Below are positions 17,778 to 24,736 of a stretch of DNA of 29,943 bases, in pieces. Source of the stretch: Thermoleophilaceae bacterium (GTDB taxonomy: Bacteria > Actinomycetota > Thermoleophilia > Solirubrobacterales > Thermoleophilaceae); assembly GCA_035942755.1 (NCBI GenBank), contig DASZCV010000174.1, positions 1 to 29,943 of the forward strand, written 5' to 3'. Both the position numbers and the translations under genes were made by a program. The notes under the pieces were generated by a model. It worked only from the letters and a program-made list of their open reading frames with translations. It had not been told where the DNA came from and did not search any database. Each line of letters starts with the position of its first letter. The stretch's first letter is position 1.

Positions 17778-18833
17778 CTAGCGCCGGCCGAGCAGTGGGC
17801 GAAGCAGCGCCCCCACGGAGGCACGGCGGCGATCGCCACTGGCGCCGCGACCCCCGGGGCGACCGAGACACGCCGCCGCGAGCAGCAGACCGGCGCAGGC
17901 GAGCGCCCACCCGAGGTCCGGGCCGCCGGTCGCCCGCGGCGACGGGCGCGGGCGCTCCGGCGACGCGGGTGCGGGCTCGCCCAGAGGCGTTGCATCCGGT
18001 GCCGAAGCGGGGCCGCTCGAAGGAGCGCGGCCGGGACGGTGCGCCCGGCGCACCGCCCGGCGTGGCGCGGTCAGGGGAACCGGCCCCGGCACCAGCGTCG
18101 GACCCAGACCCGGGAGGGGCGCCCGACCGCCCGCAGGCATCCGGATGCGCCGGCCCGCGGGCACGCGGATGCGCCGACCCGCTGGAGCCCTTACGCGTCG
18201 CCGCGCCGGCACGGGGCGGCGCGCGCGCGAGGGCGCGGGAGAGCGGACCGGCTCGGGCGCCGGGCTGAGGCGCACCGGTGCGCCAACCGGGAGTGGCAAC
18301 CCGCGCGGTGCCTCCCGGACGGGCGGCGTGCCGGGCGGAGGCAGAAGTCCGAGTGGATCTCGATAGGCGGGCCTGGTGCCCGCCTCCCTCACCCCGAAAT
18401 GCAGGTGCGGGGCGGTGGCCGAGCGCCTGCCGCTGGTGCCCACGGCCGCGATCCGCTGCCCGAGCCGGACCCGATCGCCCTCGCGAACCGCTGTGGAGGA
18501 GAGGTGCAGGTAGGAGGTGGCGAAGCGTCCGTCGCCCGTACGCACGGAGAGCGTGAGCCCCGACGACCCCGCTGTGCCCGCAAACCGCACGAGACCCTCC
18601 ACCGCCGCAAAGACCGGCGTGCCGCTGGGCGCCGCTACGTCGATCCCGCGGTGCTGACCGCCGGCATAGGCGTCCTGGCCGTTGTGATAGGGCGTTATGA
18701 CCTCGCCGGCGACCGGCCACGTCCAGCCTGCGTCAGCCTGGGCGCCAGCGGGCTGGGCAAGGGCGGCCCCGAGCCCCCCGATCAGGAGCAGGAGCGCCTT
18801 CATGGCGGCAAGGTGGCGGACTCGTTTGGTCAT
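17778..18833 (-). CDS. Secreted M23-family peptidase with a Pro/Arg-rich linker and a C-terminal hydrophobic anchor
   Basis: Signal peptide (AQPAGAQA), WTWPVAG, HRGIDV, SYLHL and PHLHFG zinc motifs. TACGGT lies 7 nt before ATG 18833. Confidence 0.88.
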   Translation of the reverse strand: MTKRVRHLAAMKALLLLIGGLGAALAQPAGAQADAGWTWPVAGEVITPYHNGQDAYAGGQHRGIDVAAPSGTPVFAAVEGLVRFAGTAGSSGLTLSVRTGDGRFATSYLHLSSTAVREGDRVRLGQRIAAVGTSGRRSATAPHLHFGVREAGTRPAYRDPLGLLPPPGTPPVREAPRGLPLPVGAPVRLSPAPEPVRSPAPSRARRPVPARRRVRAPAGRRIRVPAGRRIRMPAGGRAPLPGLGPTLVPGPVPLTAPRRAVRRAHRPGRAPSSGPASAPDATPLGEPAPASPERPRPSPRATGGPDLGWALACAGLLLAAACLGRPGGRGASGDRRRASVGALLRPLLGRR

Positions 18834-18886
18834 GCAGGCCACCGTAGGCGGGTCGGCGGCCAATCGCCCCTCTGCGGGTTCGAAGC

Positions 18887-18915
18887 GTCACACGCCGTGA
18901 CCGTCGCGTGACGGT
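18887..18915 (-). promoter_or_regulatory. GTCAC-N6-GTCAC direct repeat (OmpR-family MtrA/GlnR-type box) with overlapping palindromes, upstream of the M23 gene
   Basis: Minus strand 18912-18897 reads GTCACgcgacgGTCAC. Also GTCAC-N5-GTGAC (18887-18901) and ACCGTC-N4-GACGGT (18900-18915). Confidence 0.5.
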
Positions 18916-18928
18916 TCGTAGGGAATCG

Positions 18929-19738
18929 TTACGAGGTGAGCGCCCGGTAGAGCGCGTTCGCACTCGCGCCGGTGAGCTCGGCCACCGCCTGGGCCGCCGG
19001 GCGCGGCTTGGCACCGGCCTCGACCAGCCTACGCAGCTGGTCGAGCCCGGCCGGGGCGGCGTCGGGATCGGCCTCCATGGGAGGCCCGGGGGCCACCACG
19101 AGCACGACCTCGCCCTTCGGGGCCGAGCCCTCGTACCGCCGTGCTAGCTCGGCAGCCGTCCCCCGCACGACCTCCTCGTGCACCTTGGTGAGCTCGCGGC
19201 AGACCGCGACCCGGCGCTCGGGGTCGATCTCCTCGAGCACGGAGAGGGTGGCCGGAACGCGCTTGGAAGACTCAAACGCCACGAGCGTGACCCCCGGGTC
19301 GGCGAGGGCGCGGCGCAGCTCGCCTCGCTTGCGGGGGAGGAACCCGCGGAAGCGCCATTGATCGGCCGGCAGGCCCGATGCCACGAGCGCCGCTATCGCG
19401 GCGCTCGGCCCCGGCAGCACCTCGACCGGCAACCCGGCGGCGATGCATGCCCGGACGAGCACGTAGCCCGGATCTGAAACGAGCGGCATCCCTGCGTCGG
19501 AGACGAGCGCCACCGTCTGGCCCTCGCGCATCCGCCCCACGAGCTCGGCCGCACGCGTCTCCTCATTGTGCTCGTGATAGCTCACGAGCGTGGCGGTGAC
19601 CCCGTAGCGCTCGAGCAGGGTGCGCGTGCGCCGCGTGTCCTCGCAGGCAACCACGTCGGCCTCGCGCAGTGCGGAGAGCACGCGGAGGGTGACATCCTCG
19701 AGGTTGCCGATCGGCGTCGGGCACACCACGAGGCTCAT
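18929..19738 (-). CDS. rsmI: 16S rRNA C1402 2'-O-methyltransferase
   Basis: PTPIGNLEDVTLR, ACEDTRRT, SYHEHNE, VSDAGMPLVSDPG and RELTKVHEE motifs. Confidence 0.97.
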   Translation of the reverse strand: MSLVVCPTPIGNLEDVTLRVLSALREADVVACEDTRRTRTLLERYGVTATLVSYHEHNEETRAAELVGRMREGQTVALVSDAGMPLVSDPGYVLVRACIAAGLPVEVLPGPSAAIAALVASGLPADQWRFRGFLPRKRGELRRALADPGVTLVAFESSKRVPATLSVLEEIDPERRVAVCRELTKVHEEVVRGTAAELARRYEGSAPKGEVVLVVAPGPPMEADPDAAPAGLDQLRRLVEAGAKPRPAAQAVAELTGASANALYRALTS

Positions 19739-20691
19739 GCCCTTCCCCCGTCGAGCGCCAGCACAGCGGCGCCGAGCATCCCCGACTCCTCACCGAACTG
19801 GGCCGGCACGATGCGCACCAGCTCTGCACAGGGCGGGAGGGCGCGTGCGCTCACCACCGCCCGCGCGGGCTCGAGCAGAAGCTCCCCGGCGGCGATGGCC
19901 CCGCCGCCGACCACCACGATCTCGGGATTGAGGGCGTTGACGATCCCGGTCAGCCCGGCGCCCAGCCGGCGGCCGATCTCGGCGAGGACCTCGCGCGCCT
20001 GTGTGTCGCCGTCGTGGGCGAGCTCGGTGACCAGGCCGCCGCTGATCTCCCCTCCCTGGGCCCGCAGCCGCCCGAAGGTGGACCCGGGCTCGGCCTCGGC
20101 GGCCCTCTCGGCCGCCCTGCCGATCGCCCGGCCGGAGGCAAGCACCTCGAGGCATCCCACGCCCGGGCAGGCACCGGGGCACTCGTCGCCGTCGTGATCG
20201 ACCTCCAGGTGCCCGAGCTCCGCCGCAAAGCCACGCGCTCCCCGATAGAGCCGGCCGTCCAGCACGAGCCCACTGCCGATCCCCGTGCCGAGCGCCACCA
20301 TCACCACGTGGTCAGCCCCCCGCGCCGCTCCGTGACGGTGCTCCATCATCGCCGCCGTGTTGGTGTCGTTGTCCACGTACACCGGCAGCCCGAGCCGCTC
20401 GCTCATCAGGTCCCGGAACGGCACATCGGCGATCGGCAGGTGGTTGGACCACACCGAGACCCCCCGCTCCCAATCCACGAGCGCGGGGATCCCGAAGCCC
20501 ACCGCCTCGACCTCCGGGGCCGCTGCGCGGACCTCCTCGACGGCCTCGGCCATGATGTCGAGCGTCTCCCGGCGGTCGGCCCCGCGCCAAAGGCGGTGCA
20601 CGCGGTGGTGCACCGCGAGCCCCTCGTCCACGACGCCCCCGAGCAGCTTCGTGCCGCCCGCATCTATCCCGATCACCCGGCGTGGCGGCAT
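19735..20691 (-). CDS. ROK-family sugar kinase (glucokinase-like)
   Basis: IGIDAGGTK, VDNDTN, LGTGIGSG, ELGH...C.C.G.GCLE and GMLGAA motifs. ATGA overlap with rsmI. Confidence 0.93.
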   Translation of the reverse strand: MPPRRVIGIDAGGTKLLGGVVDEGLAVHHRVHRLWRGADRRETLDIMAEAVEEVRAAAPEVEAVGFGIPALVDWERGVSVWSNHLPIADVPFRDLMSERLGLPVYVDNDTNTAAMMEHRHGAARGADHVVMVALGTGIGSGLVLDGRLYRGARGFAAELGHLEVDHDGDECPGACPGVGCLEVLASGRAIGRAAERAAEAEPGSTFGRLRAQGGEISGGLVTELAHDGDTQAREVLAEIGRRLGAGLTGIVNALNPEIVVVGGGAIAAGELLLEPARAVVSARALPPCAELVRIVPAQFGEESGMLGAAVLALDGGRA

Positions 20692-20714
20692 GGCCGGACG
20701 ATATACAGGGTCGT

Positions 20715-21794
20715 GTGAGCGACCCCGAGCACCCGCCCAGGCCGGAGTACAAGGTCTACCGCTCGCGTCGCCGGCGCTTCGGCTCGCTGGGACCCGCCGG
20801 CGGGCTCGAGGGCCTCCGCGATCGCGGGCGCCGGCGGCGCAACCCGCTGGCGCCGGAGTCTGGGGGCCCGGGGAGGCTCACCCTCGGCAGGGTGCTCAAG
20901 TGGCTTGCCTTCGGCGCGCTCGGCTGGTGCCTGCTCTCGCTCGTCCTCTTCGTCGCGAGTGCCCAGGTCCAGAAGGGCGTGGACGACGGCGCGGACTCGG
21001 CGCTTGCCTCGGGCGGCAACATGGTCACCGGCAGCAACGTGCTCGTGCTCGGCTCCGATCGTCGCGCGGGGGACTCGATCGACGAGAGCCAGACCGGCCC
21101 CGCGCGCGCCGACAGCATCCTCGTCCTTCACGCGGCGTTCGGAAGCGTGCGCAAGCTCTCGATCCCCCGCGACGCGGCCGCGGAGATCCCGGGTCACGGC
21201 GCGCAGAAGATCAACGCCGCCTACGCGCTCGGTGGGCCAGGCCTCATGATCGACACCGTCGAGGGCTTCCTCGGCAACGGCCTCGAGATCAACCACGTGG
21301 TGGAGGTGGACTTCGCCGACTTCCCCGAGTTGATCGACGCCCTCGGCGGCATCACCGTGAACAACAAGTCGCGGATCTGCTCGCCTCCCTTCGACAACTT
21401 CTGGAAGGGCTACCGGCTTCCGGCGGGCGAGCAGAAGCTCGACGGCGAGCGGGCACTCGGCTTCGCGCGCGTGCGCAAGAACCCATGCGCCCCGGCCGAG
21501 GACGACCGCGACCGCGCAGCTCGCCAGCAGGAGGTGCTCGCCGGCATCCGCGGCAGGCTGCTCTCCGCCACGACGTTCGTGCGGCTGCCCTGGGTGAGCT
21601 GGCAGGCCCCGAAGACGATCGAGACGGACATGGGAAGCGCCGGCCTGTTCGGGCTCTTCATCGATCTGATCACCGGGAGCACGAAGGACTCGAACGTCCT
21701 GCAGTTCTCTTGCGGCAGCTGCGGGCCGGCCGGTGCCGCCGTGGTGGCGGACTCCGAGAAGCGCGCCGCCGTGGAGAAGCTGCTCGGGCGCTGA
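20715..21794 (+). CDS. LytR-CpsA-Psr (LCP) family wall-polymer ligase
   Basis: N-terminal TM, VLVLGSDRR, RADSILV, SIPRD, KINAAY, ALGFARVRK and DRAARQQ motifs. GTG 20715 avoids overlap with the ROK gene. Confidence 0.92.
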   Translation: MSDPEHPPRPEYKVYRSRRRRFGSLGPAGGLEGLRDRGRRRRNPLAPESGGPGRLTLGRVLKWLAFGALGWCLLSLVLFVASAQVQKGVDDGADSALASGGNMVTGSNVLVLGSDRRAGDSIDESQTGPARADSILVLHAAFGSVRKLSIPRDAAAEIPGHGAQKINAAYALGGPGLMIDTVEGFLGNGLEINHVVEVDFADFPELIDALGGITVNNKSRICSPPFDNFWKGYRLPAGEQKLDGERALGFARVRKNPCAPAEDDRDRAARQQEVLAGIRGRLLSATTFVRLPWVSWQAPKTIETDMGSAGLFGLFIDLITGSTKDSNVLQFSCGSCGPAGAAVVADSEKRAAVEKLLGR

Positions 21795-21820
21795 GCCGCC
21801 TCCGCACAGGCGGCACTCAG
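21791..21820. terminator. GC-rich hairpin between the convergent LCP and FmdB genes
   Basis: ctgaGCCGCCT-ccgcac-AGGCGGCactcag; no U-tract. Confidence 0.5.
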
Positions 21821-21851
21821 CGGGGGCCCTCGGGGCCGTGGGCCGGTCGGC

Positions 21852-22232
21852 CTAGTTCGACTCCGAGGCGGCCTTGGCCGCGGCCTTCTCGGCGCCCGAC
21901 GAGTCCGACGAGCTCGAGGAGGAGCCGTGGTTGCTCGAGGAGGAGTCGCCCTTGCTCGAGGAAGAGGAGTCAGAGGAGCTCTGAGACGGGTCGGCGCCGT
22001 CCTTGGACTTGCCCTCCTCGCGGCCCGTTGCCTTGCCGTCGTCGGACCCCTTTGCCTGCTTCCCGTAGTCGGTGTTGTAGAAGCCCGAGCCCTTGAAGTG
22101 CACCGCCACGGGGTGGAACACCCGCTGCACCGGCGCCTCGCAGGTGGTGCAGCTGGCGAGCGGATCGTCGCTCATGCGGTGCATCACCTCGAGGGTGTGA
22201 CCGTTCTTGCAGCGATACTCGTAGATCGGCAT
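21852..22232 (-). CDS. FmdB-family zinc-ribbon protein with a Ser-rich tail
   Basis: MPIYEYRCKNGH...CTTC...VHFKGSGFYNTDY. TATACT lies 9 nt before ATG 22232. Confidence 0.93.
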   Translation of the reverse strand: MPIYEYRCKNGHTLEVMHRMSDDPLASCTTCEAPVQRVFHPVAVHFKGSGFYNTDYGKQAKGSDDGKATGREEGKSKDGADPSQSSSDSSSSSKGDSSSSNHGSSSSSSDSSGAEKAAAKAASESN

Positions 22233-22296
22233 GGCACTTCGAGTATACGAGTGCCAACGGGCGCTCTCGCATTGCCCGGGGCAGCCAGGCCACCGT

Positions 22297-22465
22297 CTAG
22301 ATGGTTGATTCCGAATTCGCGTGCCGGCGGGGGCCTGCCAGACCAAGCTGGGCGCCGCACGCGGCCGAAGCAGGTACCGGTAGTACCTGCGAGGACGCGG
22401 GTGGCGATCCAGCGCAGGTATGGCGGATCATCCGTGGGTGCGGGAATAAGGAATCAACCATCTAG
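22297..22465. mobile_element. 169-bp rod-like imperfect palindrome with 16-bp perfect terminal inverted repeats (MITE/ERIC-like candidate)
   Basis: CTAGATGGTTGATTCC (22297-22312) and GGAATCAACCATCTAG (22450-22465); central hairpin GCAGGTAC-cggta-GTACCTGC at the midpoint; near-continuous pairing in between. The repeat itself is certain, the mobile-element interpretation is inferred. Confidence 0.55.
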
Positions 22466-22477
22466 CATGGCGCGGTC

Positions 22478-24643
22478 ATGGACGGCCAGGTAGCAGTCGG
22501 CGAGCACATCCTGAGGATCGGCTCCGAGCACGGAGCGGTCGTGACCTACGCGGCATGGGACTCGCGGCCGCTCGTGCGGCCGAGGGCGGCTCCCGCACGC
22601 GCGCTTGCGGGAGACCTTCCCTCCCTGCTCGGCCGCGAGCGCGAGCTGCACAGCGCGCAAGGAGCGCTCGCGCCGAACGCGCCGGTCGAGATCCTGGGGG
22701 AGCCGGGGATCGGCAAGACCGCCCTGCTTCGCCACCTCGCGCAGCGCCACGGGCGCCCCGGGCACGTGGTGTTCCTTCACGTTGACGGCCACCCCGGCGA
22801 GGACGTGCTGCAGATCCTCTTCGAGAGCTTCTACGAGTACGACGGCGCAAAGGTGGCCACCGTCGCCGAGCTGGCGCAATATCTGAGGGACCGCCACGGG
22901 CTCGTGGTGCTGGACGACGCGGATCTGCCGCGCCAGGAGCTCGAGCGTGTGATGACGCTGGCGCCGGGATGTGCCTTCGCCATCGCCGCGGCCGAGCGGC
23001 GGCTATGGGCGCGGCCGATCCCCCTCAACGGCCTGGACGAGGACTCCTGTCTCGCGCTTGCGCGGCGCGAGCTGGGGCGCGAGTTGAGCGACCGTGAGCG
23101 CGCCTCGCTCACCCGCCTTGCACGGACACTCGACGGGCATCCGCTGCGGATCGTGCAGGCAGCGCACCTCATGATCCGACGGTCACGGCCACCAACGGAC
23201 CGGCCCGCCCCCTCCGGGTCACCGAAAGAGCAGTTCGACGAGCTGGTGACCCGCACCATCGAAGGCCACGAGGAACGGGTGCTCGGCCCGTTGGCGGCCT
23301 TCCAACGGGTGGCGCTCGATGCGGGGCGCCTGGCCGAGATCACGGGCGTGCCCGACACCGGGCGCGCGCTCTCCTCGCTCGAGGAGCGCGGGCTCGTCGA
23401 GGCACACGGCCGCAGCTACTCGCTGGTGGGTGCGACGGGCACAGCGGTGGCGCGTCACACGGACGCTGCCGCATGGCGGGAGCGCACGCTCGCGCACTAC
23501 TCACGAAGCGAGCGGGAGCTGGGCGCCGAGGAGGCACCGGCGGTCCTCTCGCTGCTGGCTGCTGCGGCAGAGGCGGAGGATCACGGCACGGTCATCCGGT
23601 TGGCGCGCCGAGCGGATGCGCCGCTCGCGCTCGGCAGCCGCTGGGGCGCGTGGCGGCAGGCACTCGAAAGGGCGTTGTCGGCGGCGCGCGCGATCGGCGA
23701 GCAGCCCACCGAGGCATGGGCCCTGCACCAGCTCGGGTCCCGCGCCGGGTGCCTGGGTGATCTCGAAGGTGGGACCGCCTTCCTGAACGACTCGGTGCGG
23801 CTGCGCGAGAGCCTGGGCGACGGGGAGGCCCTGAACCTCACCCGGGAGAATCTGGAGACGCTCAGACGCGGCGCCCCTCCCCCATCACTGCCCCCGGCCC
23901 CACCGGCTCGTCCTTCGGCACCGCCTCCCCCTGATCCGCCGCCGCCGCAAGCGGCGCCTACACCGGCGTCTGCAACTTGGTCGCCGCCGCCGGAAGCGGC
24001 CCCCACACCGGCGTCCGCCACTCCGCCGCCGCCGGCCGCACCGTCCCCGGGTCCGCCGCCCTCGCCCCCACGGCGCCCCCAAGGGCAAAGGGGCCGTGAT
24101 CTGCCACCGCTGAGGCCGGTAGTAGCCGCCCTCGCGACGCTCCTGGTCGTGGTGGCGATCGTGCTGGCGCTCTCCGGCGGCGATGACGACGGTGGATCTC
24201 CGGGAGACGGCGATAAGGCCGGCGACACGGATTCGCAGGGCAGGGAGAGGTCAGCCCGGGGCGGGCGCAACAGGAGGCGGCCTCGCAAGCGACCACAGGC
24301 GCTACCGGCGGCGATCGAGCCCAGGTCGCTCGGGTTCACAGCCAGGGTGGCCGAGCGGTCAAGGCCGCAGGTGGTGCAAGCCGAGAACCGGGGCGGCGCG
24401 CGGATCACCCTCGGCGACGTACGTCTGGCGGGCGCCAACAGGAGGGACTTCGCCATCACCGACGGCTGCAGCGGCGCGTCGCTCTCCCGCGGGGCGAGCT
24501 GCAAGGTCGTGGTGAGCTTCGTGCCGGCGAGGCGCAGGGGCGCCGAGGGGGCGGCCACCCTGAGCGCCGCCATCGTCTTCACCGACGACGGCAGGCGTGG
24601 CAGGCAGACCGTGGCGCTGAGGGCACGCAGGTTGCCTGGCTGA
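22478..24643 (+). CDS. STAND/NB-ARC-like P-loop NTPase with TPR-like helices, Pro-rich linker, one TM helix and a C-terminal ASH/choice-of-anchor-D-like Ig domain
   Basis: Walker A GEPGIGKT (22697-22720), Walker B LVVLDD, GxP motif LDGHPL, wHTH-like LEERGLVE, EAWALHQLG repeat, TM VVAALATLLVVVAIVLAL, Ig-like DFAITDGC...SCKVVVSFVP. Confidence 0.8.
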   Translation: MDGQVAVGEHILRIGSEHGAVVTYAAWDSRPLVRPRAAPARALAGDLPSLLGRERELHSAQGALAPNAPVEILGEPGIGKTALLRHLAQRHGRPGHVVFLHVDGHPGEDVLQILFESFYEYDGAKVATVAELAQYLRDRHGLVVLDDADLPRQELERVMTLAPGCAFAIAAAERRLWARPIPLNGLDEDSCLALARRELGRELSDRERASLTRLARTLDGHPLRIVQAAHLMIRRSRPPTDRPAPSGSPKEQFDELVTRTIEGHEERVLGPLAAFQRVALDAGRLAEITGVPDTGRALSSLEERGLVEAHGRSYSLVGATGTAVARHTDAAAWRERTLAHYSRSERELGAEEAPAVLSLLAAAAEAEDHGTVIRLARRADAPLALGSRWGAWRQALERALSAARAIGEQPTEAWALHQLGSRAGCLGDLEGGTAFLNDSVRLRESLGDGEALNLTRENLETLRRGAPPPSLPPAPPARPSAPPPPDPPPPQAAPTPASATWSPPPEAAPTPASATPPPPAAPSPGPPPSPPRRPQGQRGRDLPPLRPVVAALATLLVVVAIVLALSGGDDDGGSPGDGDKAGDTDSQGRERSARGGRNRRRPRKRPQALPAAIEPRSLGFTARVAERSRPQVVQAENRGGARITLGDVRLAGANRRDFAITDGCSGASLSRGASCKVVVSFVPARRRGAEGAATLSAAIVFTDDGRRGRQTVALRARRLPG

Positions 24644-24736
24644 CGGTGGCCCGCCGCCCGCGAACCGTGCCCACCCCTTCTGGACGGATGTTCGAGCTGT
24701 TCCTTTCCCCGCGGCGTGCCGATACTCGTTGCACGC

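Noticed and set aside
18888-18900. TCAC-N5-GTGA as a BldD box
   Set aside because: It matches TNAC-N5-GTNA, but the motif is short and there is no evidence for BldD in this lineage. The GTCAC-N6-GTCAC reading is preferred.
21852-22040. Ser-rich SSSD-type repeats in the FmdB tail as a separate repeat element
   Set aside because: Low-complexity tails are ordinary for this family.
22297-22465. Palindrome as a 6S RNA, SRP RNA or integron attC site
   Set aside because: It pairs almost continuously with no central bubble, lacks the SRP GGAA-loop motif, and its AAC/GTT boxes are in the wrong order for attC. No integrase is present.
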